Source: an uncultured Gammaproteobacteria bacterium
GTDB lineage: Bacteria > Patescibacteriota > Patescibacteriia > Buchananbacterales > GWA2-38-13
Assembly (NCBI GenBank): GCA_964373635.1
Contig: CAYJVS010000002.1
Span: forward strand, 1 to 28,329
Direction: 5' to 3'
Length of the DNA: 28,329 nt
Under the pieces are notes generated by a model. That model had not been told where the DNA came from. It did not search any database and worked only from the letters and a program-made list of their open reading frames with translations. The position numbers and the translations under genes are program-made. Below are positions 1 to 8,753 of the stretch, in pieces; positions within the stretch are counted from its first letter, which is position 1; each line of letters begins with the position of its first letter.

Positions 1-104
1 GAGTACAGTGAGTGGAGGCTACCACGTACGCTGGCAGCAGTCAAGGCGCGGGTGGAGGATGGCCAAATATTGTCGCGAGGGAAATTTTTTGCTATGGTGA
101 TGCC

Positions 105-1133
105 ATGGTGCGTTCTCCATCCGGCTGGCCCATAGTCGGCCATCAGGCGGTCGTGGCGTTTCTGCAGCGGAGTTTTGCCCGCGGGGCGGTGAGCCACGCC
201 TATTTGATGGTGGGCCCCGCCCAAGTGGGCAAAACCACCCTGGCGGCCCATTGGGCGGCGGTTTTAGTCTGCGCGAACCCGCAACCGGGGGCCATGGCCT
301 GCGGCGCGTGCGTTTCTTGCGTCCGCCGTTTAGCCCAGACCCATCCGGATCATCATTGGGTCATGCCGGAGGCGGGTTCCGCTGACGGCAGCGGACCGCC
401 GCGCGTCAGCCTGGAGCGCGTCCAGGAGCTCCAGACCAAACTCTCCCGCCGGCCCGTGATTTCCCCGCGCACCGTCGCGGTGATTGCCGATGCGCACACC
501 CTGACGGAATCGGCCGTTAACGCCTGGCTCAAAACCCTGGAAGAACCGCGCGGACAAACGACGCTGGTGTTGACCGCGGAAAATCTGCTGCAACTGCCGG
601 CCACGGTGCGCTCGCGCTGCCAATTATTGCGGATGTCCCCTCTACCAGCCGCCGAGATCGCCGCCGCCCTGAAGGCGCGCGGAGTCAGTCACGGGATGGC
701 GTTGGAACTGGCCGAGCATGCCGCCGGGTGTCCGGGTCGCGCGTTTGAGTGGATTACCGACGCCGAACGCCGCCATCGCTTCGTGAGCGGAGGGCAACAG
801 TTGTTGGCCCTCATGACGCAACCAGTCCACGAGCGGCTGCAGTCGGCCGCGGCGCTCCTGAAAACCTGGAACGCGGCGGACGTTCCCGTGACCTCGGCCC
901 TGCGGGAGCAGTTGCAGAGTTGGACCATGGCGGCGCGAAATCAGCTCTTGTCGGCCGTTTTTGTGCCGGCGGCCGCCGGCGAGGCAATGCCGGCGCGGGC
1001 GGTCGAGCACGATCTTTGGAGGTGGCGGAATTTTTTGGATGAACTCCGGGAGGCGGGAATGATGCTTTACGCGCATGTCAACCCGCGGCTGGTGCTGGAA
1101 ACGGTGCTGTTAGCGGTACCGTCGCGAACCTAA
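105..1133 (+). CDS. holB: DNA polymerase III subunit delta' (clamp loader)
   Basis: Walker A GPAQVGKTT, Zn motif CGACVSC, HPD, NAWLKTLEEP and TVRSRCQ (SRC) motifs. ATG at 105 chosen over GTG at 12. Confidence 0.92.
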   Translation: MVRSPSGWPIVGHQAVVAFLQRSFARGAVSHAYLMVGPAQVGKTTLAAHWAAVLVCANPQPGAMACGACVSCVRRLAQTHPDHHWVMPEAGSADGSGPPRVSLERVQELQTKLSRRPVISPRTVAVIADAHTLTESAVNAWLKTLEEPRGQTTLVLTAENLLQLPATVRSRCQLLRMSPLPAAEIAAALKARGVSHGMALELAEHAAGCPGRAFEWITDAERRHRFVSGGQQLLALMTQPVHERLQSAAALLKTWNAADVPVTSALREQLQSWTMAARNQLLSAVFVPAAAGEAMPARAVEHDLWRWRNFLDELREAGMMLYAHVNPRLVLETVLLAVPSRT

Positions 1134-1158
1134 CCGCCGTCTATTTTTGTCGCGGGCT

Positions 1159-2214
1159 ATGAAGCTGGTGCGGTTAATAATTCTGGGGCTGGTGATTACC
1201 GGGGTGACGGCCGGCTGTTTGCGCTTCGGGCGGTCCAAAACCCCGCCGAGCGCCGGGGTCTATCGGTCGCAATCCAAGGGCGAACGGTGGGAAGCGCGGC
1301 ACCGGCTGGTGACGCCGGGCGGGGTGGGTTCATTGGCCGGCATCACGGTGTCAGCCGTGTTTACCGATTCGCAGGATTCGCAGGCGATGTACCTCTCGGT
1401 CCCCGGCGGGGGATTAGTCTATACGTTTGATGCCGGGGCCACTTGGACGCAGGCGCCGGGATTAAGCAGCGGGACCGTCAACGCCGTCGCGGTTGACCCG
1501 CGGCAGACGTGCGTGCTGTACGTCGCGTTGTCCAACGTCTTGGTGAAAAGCGTGGATTGCGTTCGGAGTTTCAAGGAAATCTATGTTGACCCCCGGCCCA
1601 ACGCCGTCACCAGCGTCGCGGTGGATGGCGTGGATTCCAACGTCGTGTACCTGGGCACCTCAAGCGGCGATTTTTTGCGCAGCGTCAACGGCGGGACGAG
1701 TTGGTCGAGGATTCGGCAGTTCGCGAGCGGGCTGTCGTGGTTGATGCCTGATCCGAATAACCCGCGCCGGATGTACGCCTTGACCGCGCGCGAGGGCCTG
1801 TTCCGCGCTGACGATAGCGCGCAAAACTGGGTCAGTCTGGCCGCGGGATTAGCGCCGTATGCTTCGGGCCAAGGCATCCGCGGCCTGCAATTTATCGCGG
1901 ACCAACCGAATACGCTGTTGATGCTCAACCGGTATGGGCTGCTGCGGAGTGGTACGGCCGGCGACAGTTGGGAGGCGTTGTCCCTGATTACGCCGCCGCT
2001 GGCGACGGAAATTTTGGCCTTTGCCGTCAATCCGAAAAACAGCCAGGAAGTTTACTACGCCACGGCGTCAACGTTTTACTCCTCCCTTGACGGCGGGGTG
2101 AACTGGGTGACGCGCCGTCTGCCGGCCCGCCAAGCCCTGCCGCGCCTGATGTTTATTCACCCGCGCGATCCCCTCACGTTGTACCTGGCGCTGGAGGTCG
2201 TACCGGCGCGTTGA
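1159..2214 (+). CDS. Putative lipoprotein with Asp-box/BNR repeats (beta-propeller, HCF136/sortilin-like)
   Basis: Signal peptide ending in VTAG-C. About six Asp-box-like repeats: TFDAGATW, SVDCVRSF, SVNGGTSW, ADDSAQNW, SGTAGDSW, SLDGGVNW. Confidence 0.75.
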   Translation: MKLVRLIILGLVITGVTAGCLRFGRSKTPPSAGVYRSQSKGERWEARHRLVTPGGVGSLAGITVSAVFTDSQDSQAMYLSVPGGGLVYTFDAGATWTQAPGLSSGTVNAVAVDPRQTCVLYVALSNVLVKSVDCVRSFKEIYVDPRPNAVTSVAVDGVDSNVVYLGTSSGDFLRSVNGGTSWSRIRQFASGLSWLMPDPNNPRRMYALTAREGLFRADDSAQNWVSLAAGLAPYASGQGIRGLQFIADQPNTLLMLNRYGLLRSGTAGDSWEALSLITPPLATEILAFAVNPKNSQEVYYATASTFYSSLDGGVNWVTRRLPARQALPRLMFIHPRDPLTLYLALEVVPAR

Positions 2215-2238
2215 AGGTGGACGGTTGGAGCGCCGCTG

Positions 2239-2799
2239 GTGTCTATGTTTCCCCTGATTGCGAAACACGTTGAGGAATTTGCCGCCATTGTGGCCGCGGC
2301 CAAGCGCGACGTGGCCTCGGTGCGAACCGGCCGGGCCAACCCGCAAGCGGTTGAGTCCGTGCCGGTATTGGCCTACGGCGTGCGCACCCCGTTATTGCAA
2401 CTGGCCTCAATTTCAGCTCCGGACCCTTCGCAACTGGTCGTGGAGCCCTGGGACAAAAGCCTGCTCAAAGACGTGGAGCGCGCGCTGACCGAGGCGCGTT
2501 TAGGCCTTACCCCCGCGGTGGTGGGAACAACGGTGCGCCTGAAAGTCCCGCCGTTAACGGCCGAGACGCGGGCCGAGCTGATCAAGACCGTCAACGCCAA
2601 AGTTGAGCAATTCAAGATCCGGCTCCGCACCTTGCGCGATCGCATTCGGGACGAAGTGCTGCAGGCGGAAAAAGCCAAAACCGTGACGCAGGATGACCGC
2701 TATGCCTCCTTTCGGGAGCTGGATGATCTGACCAAGGAGCATACGGCCCAGCTCAAAGCCCTCGCGGACCAGAAGGCCAAGGAAATCACCACTATCTGA
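2239..2799 (+). CDS. frr: Ribosome recycling factor
   Basis: VRTGRANP, LVVEPWDK and VPPLTAETR motifs, 186 aa. TTGGAG lies upstream of the GTG start. Confidence 0.95.
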   Translation: MSMFPLIAKHVEEFAAIVAAAKRDVASVRTGRANPQAVESVPVLAYGVRTPLLQLASISAPDPSQLVVEPWDKSLLKDVERALTEARLGLTPAVVGTTVRLKVPPLTAETRAELIKTVNAKVEQFKIRLRTLRDRIRDEVLQAEKAKTVTQDDRYASFRELDDLTKEHTAQLKALADQKAKEITTI

Positions 2800-2825
2800 T
2801 GCCATCCTGATACCGCGAGCGGACT

Positions 2826-2853
2826 GCCGCTCCCCAATGGGACGGCTTTTTTT
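2826..2853 (+). terminator. Rho-independent terminator after frr
   Basis: Stem GCCG(C)TCCC-CAAT-GGGACGGC followed by T7. Confidence 0.7.
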
Positions 2854-2869
2854 ATCGGCATCGCCATGC

Positions 2870-2898
2870 TTTACAGCCCGCTGGTTCTCTGGTATAGG
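2870..2898 (+). promoter_or_regulatory. Sigma70-type promoter for rseP
   Basis: TTTACA-17 bp-TATAGG with a TG extended -10. Confidence 0.5.
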
Positions 2899-2931
2899 TA
2901 AAGGGTACTGGCGGTTTGACGCTCTTCAACC

Positions 2932-4077
2932 ATGCTCATCACCTTAGTCTCATTTTTCGTCATCTTGAGTTTGCTGGTTTTAGTCCACGAGCTGGGTCAT
3001 TTTGTGGTGGCCCGGCGGTATGGCGTGCACGTGGATGAATTCGGGTTGGGATTCCCGCCCCGCCTGATGGGCGTCTACCGCGATGTGGAATCGCGACGAT
3101 TTCACCTGGTGGGGCGCGGCGTGACTTCCGCGACGGCGACGATCTATTCCATCAACTGGGTGCCGCTGGGCGGGTTTGTCAAAATTAAAGGCGAGCAGGG
3201 CGAGGCCGCAAATGAACCGGACAGTTTCGGTCAGCAGCGGATCCGCCGCCGGCTGGCGATTTTGTCCGCCGGGGTGGCGATGAACGCGTTGCTCACGGTC
3301 ACACTCTTAAGTTTGGGCTTCACGCTCGGCTTGCCCCAAGTGATCGCTGACCCGCTGCCGCCGGGGGCGGTTGTCAGCGGCGTCAACATTCAAATCGTTG
3401 AGGTGGTGGCCGGACTGCCAGCAGAGGCCGCGGACTTGCAGACCGGCGACGTCTTGGCGAGTTTTGACGGCCAACGGTTCACGACCTTGCCGGAGGTGCA
3501 GCAGTACCTGGATCAACGGACCGGCAATCCGGTGACCGTGGTGATTGAGCGCCGCGGCGAGCGTTTGACGCGCACGGTCGTTCCGACGTTCTTGCCCGAG
3601 ACCGGACGCGGCGGTTTTGGCATGGGATTGGTGCGGACGGGCGTGATGCGCTTTGCGCCCCACCGCGCGATCTGGATGGGGACCCAAACCACGCTGACGT
3701 TGACGCAAGACATCATGTTCGCCCTGGGCGGGATCGTGCGGGATTTGGTTTACCGGCGGCCGGTAGCTCTTGACGTCAGCGGGCCAGTGGGGATCGCGGT
3801 GGTTTCGGGCGAGGTCACGCGGTTGGGCTGGCGGTATCTGTTGCCGTTCACGGCGCTGCTCTCGCTGAACTTGGCGATTGTCAATTTTTTGCCGTTTCCG
3901 GCGCTGGACGGCGGGCGGGTGGCGTTTTTGCTCATTGAACGCTTCCGCGGCCGGGCGGTCAACGCGCGCGTTGAGGCGATCATCCATCACTTCGGTTTTA
4001 TTTTGCTGATGCTCTTGGTCCTCTTGATTACCTACCGCGACATCGCGCGGCTGGTGACCCGCGCGGCCAGCGGCTAG
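2932..4077 (+). CDS. rseP: RIP metalloprotease (M50) with PDZ domain
   Basis: HELGH zinc motif, GGFVKI, central PDZ-like segment and NFLPFPALDGG. Confidence 0.92.
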   Translation: MLITLVSFFVILSLLVLVHELGHFVVARRYGVHVDEFGLGFPPRLMGVYRDVESRRFHLVGRGVTSATATIYSINWVPLGGFVKIKGEQGEAANEPDSFGQQRIRRRLAILSAGVAMNALLTVTLLSLGFTLGLPQVIADPLPPGAVVSGVNIQIVEVVAGLPAEAADLQTGDVLASFDGQRFTTLPEVQQYLDQRTGNPVTVVIERRGERLTRTVVPTFLPETGRGGFGMGLVRTGVMRFAPHRAIWMGTQTTLTLTQDIMFALGGIVRDLVYRRPVALDVSGPVGIAVVSGEVTRLGWRYLLPFTALLSLNLAIVNFLPFPALDGGRVAFLLIERFRGRAVNARVEAIIHHFGFILLMLLVLLITYRDIARLVTRAASG

Positions 4078-4083
4078 GCGGCG

Positions 4084-4111
4084 GTTGACCGTTGGAAGTT
4101 GGAAGTTGACC
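4084..4111. repeat. Period-7 array (GTTGnnn)x4
   Basis: gttgacc gttggaa gttggaa gttgacc. Confidence 0.75.
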
Positions 4112-4222
4112 AAACCGCTTGATCACGTTCCTTCCTCTGTTACCTGGCCATTGTTCACTGATAACGCTCAACTTTTCCCCCACGGGGGATCTCCCGCGGG
4201 GGGGGGACAACTGGCAACTCCC

Positions 4223-4588
4223 ATGCGCATTCCGATTCCCGCCGGCGCTCCGGTTAACCTGCGCGATTTCCTGCACCGTTGCGGTTACGGCACGCACTTC
4301 AATCCGGCCGCGAACCGTTTGAGTTTTGTGCGACGGTTGGGGCCAGCCGCCTACCCGAGATTTCACCTCTACCTGGGAAACGACCTGGCCGGCCAGTCCT
4401 CCTTCAACTTGCATCTGGATCAGAAGGCACCCCGCTATGCCGGGGCTCCCGCCCACAACGCCGAGTACGCGGGGCCCGTGGTGGCCGCCGAGGCGGAACG
4501 GATCGCCCGTCGACTCCAAACTGCCGTGAGTCCCACGCCGCCGCCAGAGCCACCCCGCTCGTGGTGGCCGTGGCGGATTAAAAGTTGA
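4223..4588 (+). CDS. Hypothetical protein, 121 aa
   Basis: Protein-like from MRIPIPAGAPV onward (FLHRCGYG, YPRFHLY, LHLDQK, AHNAEY). The ORF-track extension to 4085 runs through repeats. Confidence 0.7.
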   Translation: MRIPIPAGAPVNLRDFLHRCGYGTHFNPAANRLSFVRRLGPAAYPRFHLYLGNDLAGQSSFNLHLDQKAPRYAGAPAHNAEYAGPVVAAEAERIARRLQTAVSPTPPPEPPRSWWPWRIKS

Positions 4589-4611
4589 ATGTTGTCAGTT
4601 GAACGTTGTGA
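4584..4611. repeat. Period-7 array (GTTGnnn)x4
   Basis: gttgaat gttgtca gttgaac gttgtga. Confidence 0.75.
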
Positions 4612-4723
4612 GTGTTCACCGCGTCGCGGACTACCAAGGTAACGACGAGCAACTTTTATACGGCTCTTCCGGCATTGGTGTGGGTACTACACCGTCCCTT
4701 ACGGCGCGAGGTTCGCGCCGGAT

Positions 4724-4854
4724 TCCCCTCTTAAGGTAAGAGGGGACGAAGGGGAGTTATGAGTTTGAGGCAAAAAACGCTGGAATTCCCCAAAACCATG
4801 GCGGTCGCGCCCCCTGCATAACCCACCCCCTCCCTCCCTTGCCGTAAGGGAGAG
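4724..4854. repeat. Inverted pair of REP-like hairpin elements
   Basis: 4724-4761 tcccctctt-aaggt-aagagggga...gttatg, and an inverted related copy at 4817-4854 cataac...ctccctt-gccgt-aagggag. Confidence 0.7.
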
Positions 4855-4934
4855 ATCCGCTGCACCGCTCATGACCCTTGTCGTACCCACGGAAAAGCCG
4901 GAAGAACCCTTTAAACTATCCACGGTCAACTGAT

Positions 4935-6212
4935 ATGCGCCAGAGTCAACTCTTTACTCGGACCGAACGGCGGCCGCCCGCGGATGAAGTCAGCCTGAAC
5001 GCGCGGCTGCTGCAGCAAGCCGGCTTCATTGACAAGGTCGCGGCCGGCATTTACAGCTACTTGCCGCTCGGCTTAAACGTCTTGCGAAAAATTCAGGGCA
5101 TCGTGCGCGAGGAAATGCTCGCCCTGGGCGCGCAGGAGGTGCTGCTGCCGGCGTTGCATCCCAAGGAGCCGTGGGCGGCAACGGGCCGCTGGCGCGACCC
5201 GGGTCCGGCGGTGATGTATCAGTTCACCGGCCACGGGGAGCAAGATTTTGGACTCGGCTGGACGCACGAGGAAATCGTCACCCCGCTGGTTGCCCGGCAC
5301 GTGCGTTCCTACCGCGACTTGCCCTTGGCCGTGTTTCAAATTCAGGACAAGTTCCGCAACGAACCGCGCGCCAAATCCGGGTTGCTCCGCGGCCGGGAGT
5401 TTTCCATGAAAGATCTCTACAGTTTCCACCGCGACCGCGCGGACCTGGAACGGTACTACGAGCGCGTGAGCGCGGCATACCAAAAAATATTTACCCGCTG
5501 CGGGTTGGTGGCCGTGGTAACCGAAGCCTCCGGCGGGCCGTTTGCCCCCTTTTCCCACGAATTTCAGGTCGTCACCCCGTACGGCGAGGATGTCATCGTC
5601 CGCTGCCCCGCCTGCCAGGTGGCCCAGAATCGCGAGCTTTGCCGCGATGGGGCCACGCCGTGTCCGCGGTGCGGCCACGCCCGGCAGGAAGAGAAAGCGA
5701 TTGAAGTGGGCAACATTTTTCAGCTCGGCACCCGCTTTTCCGACGCCTTCGCGTTGCGGTATGTGGACGAAGCCGGTGCACTGCAGCCGGCGGTGATGGG
5801 CTGCTACGGGATTGGGCCCAGCCGTGTGATGGGCGCGATCGTGGAGATTCACCACGATGATAAAGGCCTGCGCTGGCCGTTTGCGGTCGCTCCCTTTGCC
5901 GTCCACCTGCTCGCGCTGGGCGCCGCGGCCGCGGTCAAGCGCCAGGCCGCGGCGGTGTACGCCGAGCTCCAATCCGCGGATGTCAGCGTCCTGTTCGACG
6001 ATCGTTTGGAGCCGTCGGCCGGAGAGAAATTTCATGACGCGGATTTGCTTGGTCTGCCGTACCGCGTCGTGGTCTCGGCGAAAACCGGCGCGAAGGTGGA
6101 GGTCAAGCCCCGCGACCAGAAATCCGCGGACGTGACCACGGTGGCGGCGTTGGTTGCCCGCTGCGCGGCGGCGGTGAAGGCGCTGTCCCCGCCGCGGCCA
6201 GCGGCGCCATGA
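4935..6212 (+). CDS. proS: Proline--tRNA ligase, short bacterial type
   Basis: MRQSQLF start, THEE, FRNEPRAKSGLLRGREFSMKDLYSF (motif 2), IEVGNIFQLG, GCYGIG and a C-terminal anticodon-binding domain. 425 aa. Confidence 0.96.
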   Translation: MRQSQLFTRTERRPPADEVSLNARLLQQAGFIDKVAAGIYSYLPLGLNVLRKIQGIVREEMLALGAQEVLLPALHPKEPWAATGRWRDPGPAVMYQFTGHGEQDFGLGWTHEEIVTPLVARHVRSYRDLPLAVFQIQDKFRNEPRAKSGLLRGREFSMKDLYSFHRDRADLERYYERVSAAYQKIFTRCGLVAVVTEASGGPFAPFSHEFQVVTPYGEDVIVRCPACQVAQNRELCRDGATPCPRCGHARQEEKAIEVGNIFQLGTRFSDAFALRYVDEAGALQPAVMGCYGIGPSRVMGAIVEIHHDDKGLRWPFAVAPFAVHLLALGAAAAVKRQAAAVYAELQSADVSVLFDDRLEPSAGEKFHDADLLGLPYRVVVSAKTGAKVEVKPRDQKSADVTTVAALVARCAAAVKALSPPRPAAP

Positions 6213-6257
6213 CCGCGGCGATTCGCGTTAGCAGACTTAGCAGACGTTGACGTCGGT

Positions 6258-7313
6258 ATGTTGCGTCGGTGGTTCAAAAAAACGGCTCGCGACATTGGGA
6301 TTGATTTGGGCACCTCCAACACGCTCCTGTTCATCCAGGACCGGGGGGTGGTAATTAACGAGGCGTCGGTGGTGGCGCTCAACACCCGCACCGGTCAGAT
6401 TTTGGCCGTGGGCCGTGAGGCGCTCAAGATGCAAGGGAAAACCCCGCCGCACCTGCAGGTCGTCAATCCGCTGGTGGATGGCGTGATTTCGGACTTTGAG
6501 GTGGCCGAAAAGATGCTGCGGTACTTTTTTGACCGCGTCTACCGCGAACAGCGGATCCTCGCGCCGCGGCCGCGCGTGGTGATCGGGATCCCGCTGGACG
6601 TCACCGAGGTGGAAAAGAAAGCCGTTGAAGATGCGGTCATCTCGGCGGGGGCGCGCGAGGTGCATTTGGTGCCGACCGTCTTGGCGGCGGCGGTCGGCGC
6701 GCGCTTGCCGATCCAAGACGCCTCGGGCAACCTGTTGGTGGATTGCGGCGGCGGCGTGACGCAAGTGGCGGTGATTTCGCTCTCCGGCGTGGTCGCCGCT
6801 AAAAATATGCGAGTCGCCGGGACCGAAGTTGACACCGATATCGTCAACTACGCCCGGCAGGAATTCAACTTGATGGTGGGGGAGCGCGCGGCCGAAGAGG
6901 TCAAACTCTACTTCAGCCGCGTCAAGGAGGGCACCCCCGCCCCGAGCGTGAAGATGCGCGGCCGCGATTTGCTCACCGGGTTGCCGCGCGAGGTCACCGT
7001 CACCGGCGAGCAGGCGGCGGTGGCGGTCAAGCGCGCGTTGAAAAGTTTGGTCGAGGGGATTAAGTCCACCCTTGAGGTGACGCCGCCGGAATTGGTCGCC
7101 GACATTTACCTCCGGGGGATTACGCTGGTGGGCGGCGGGGCGGCGTTAGTCGGGCTGCGGGCGGCCATTGCCGAGGCCACCAAGATGAACGTGGTGATCG
7201 TTGATGATCCGATGACCTGCGCGGTGCGGGGCATGGGGATGCTCTTGGAAGACGCCGCGTTGCTCCAAGAAGTCTCGGTGCCGTCCTCGCAGCAGGAAGA
7301 ACCAACGCGGTAA
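6258..7313 (+). CDS. mreB: Rod shape-determining protein MreB
   Basis: DIGIDLGTSN, PLVDGVISDF, VDCGGGVT, GITLVGGGA. Confidence 0.96.
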   Translation: MLRRWFKKTARDIGIDLGTSNTLLFIQDRGVVINEASVVALNTRTGQILAVGREALKMQGKTPPHLQVVNPLVDGVISDFEVAEKMLRYFFDRVYREQRILAPRPRVVIGIPLDVTEVEKKAVEDAVISAGAREVHLVPTVLAAAVGARLPIQDASGNLLVDCGGGVTQVAVISLSGVVAAKNMRVAGTEVDTDIVNYARQEFNLMVGERAAEEVKLYFSRVKEGTPAPSVKMRGRDLLTGLPREVTVTGEQAAVAVKRALKSLVEGIKSTLEVTPPELVADIYLRGITLVGGGAALVGLRAAIAEATKMNVVIVDDPMTCAVRGMGMLLEDAALLQEVSVPSSQQEEPTR

Positions 7314-7354
7314 GAATCCTCAAGGGTTTACGGTTGAGGTTTTTTCCCACGGCT

Positions 7355-8167
7355 ATGCCTCGGCGGCTCTCCCCATGGTGGCGCAATCCCATCAGTCTGA
7401 CGCTGGGCGCGATCGCGGTTACCGTCACGCTGCATCAGATCGGGTGGCTCGCGGGGTTGGAGGGCGGGGTGGCGCGAATCTTGGCGCCGGCGCAGTTTTG
7501 GACCCACCGGGCGGCCGCGGGAATTTGGCAGCAGCTTCGGGCGTGGCGGCCCACCCCCGGGGTACGGGAAGAAAATCGTCAGCTACAGGCGGAGGCGGTG
7601 CAACTCAGGGTGGCCAATCAACGGCTCCGCCAGCAGGTCGAAGAGTTGGCGGAAGCGTCCGAACAGCTCGCCTTTGCCCGGCAACGGAAATTTCCGTCGG
7701 TTCCGGCTCGCGTCATCGGCAAAACCTTGGGATCGGAGGCCCAAGCGCTGACCATCGATCAGGGGGCGCGGGCGGGCATCCGGGCCGGCCTTCCCGTCAT
7801 TGCCCGCGATGGCGTGTTGATCGGACGCGTCGTTGACGTCGGCTTGGAAACGGCCAAGGTGATGTTGCTCACCGACGGCCGGAGCGTCACGCCCGCGACG
7901 CTCCAGACCAATTTGGCCGCGGGCGGCGTGATCAGCGGCGAATTTGGGGTGAGTCTTAAAATGGATTTGATCCCGAAGGATCAAGCGCTCGCCGTTGGCG
8001 CGGTGGTGATGACCTCGGGATTGGAGCCGGCGTTCCCGCGGGGGCTGCTGATTGGCACGGTTAGCCGCGTTGACGCCAGCCCTGGGCGGTACTTTCAGGT
8101 GGCGTACCTCAAGCCTCTGGTGAGCTATCAGACCGCGCAGGTGGTCTCGGTCCTCTTGACGCGGTAA
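7355..8167 (+). CDS. mreC: Rod shape-determining protein MreC
   Basis: N-terminal TM helix, coiled coil, ARVIGK...LTIDQGARAGI and FPRGLLIGTV. Lies directly after mreB. Confidence 0.92.
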   Translation: MPRRLSPWWRNPISLTLGAIAVTVTLHQIGWLAGLEGGVARILAPAQFWTHRAAAGIWQQLRAWRPTPGVREENRQLQAEAVQLRVANQRLRQQVEELAEASEQLAFARQRKFPSVPARVIGKTLGSEAQALTIDQGARAGIRAGLPVIARDGVLIGRVVDVGLETAKVMLLTDGRSVTPATLQTNLAAGGVISGEFGVSLKMDLIPKDQALAVGAVVMTSGLEPAFPRGLLIGTVSRVDASPGRYFQVAYLKPLVSYQTAQVVSVLLTR

Positions 8168-8173
8168 CGGGAT

Positions 8174-8722
8174 ATGACCGTTGGTCGCTGGTGGGGAGAG
8201 GTGACTGCGCCGGCCGTAACCGTGACCGGGTTGGTCGTTTTACAGTTGACGGTTTTTTCGGACGCGCCCCCGCCGTTTGGGCAACTTGAGGTGCTGGTCA
8301 TTTGGGTCATGTACCGAACCTTGCGCCGTGGCGTAGCGCCGGCCTTGCCCTGGGCCGCCTTTGGGGGGTTGCTCTTGGATGGGTTCGCGCCGCGGGGCTT
8401 TGGCGTTTCCGCCTGGAGTTTGGTGGCCACGGCCCTGACGCTGCACCTTCTCGGCACCGCGCTGTTGACGAATCGCACCTTGGTGTCGTTGGTCACCTTG
8501 GGCATCGCGGGGAGCGGCGTCGCGGAGATGACTCGATTCGCCAGTCAGTGGATCTATGTGCAGCTGGGATGGAGTCCCTGGACGGTGCCTGTGCCCGCGG
8601 CGTCGCGGCTGGTGACCCGCATCCTTTTTCACGTCGGAGTTTTCGTTGTCGTGTTTTGGGTCCGGCGTCAGATGAGCCGGCGGTCGCGGCAGCTTCCCCA
8701 TTTGACCATGGCCGCGGGCTGA
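8174..8722 (+). CDS. mreD: Rod shape-determining protein MreD-like membrane protein
   Basis: Multi-pass hydrophobic protein with a GGLLLD motif, located between mreC and mrdA. Confidence 0.7.
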   Translation: MTVGRWWGEVTAPAVTVTGLVVLQLTVFSDAPPPFGQLEVLVIWVMYRTLRRGVAPALPWAAFGGLLLDGFAPRGFGVSAWSLVATALTLHLLGTALLTNRTLVSLVTLGIAGSGVAEMTRFASQWIYVQLGWSPWTVPVPAASRLVTRILFHVGVFVVVFWVRRQMSRRSRQLPHLTMAAG

Positions 8723-8753
8723 AGCCTCGAGCGAAGTTTTTCTCCGGGGGTAC

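Noticed and set aside
4700-4720. tRNA T-arm (GGTTCG)
   Set aside because: A simple GGCGCGA/TCGCGCC hairpin; no cloverleaf can be built around it.
6228-6245. TTAGCAGAC x2 upstream of mreB as a regulatory site
   Set aside because: Only two 9-bp copies with no supporting context, and not a CIRCE element.
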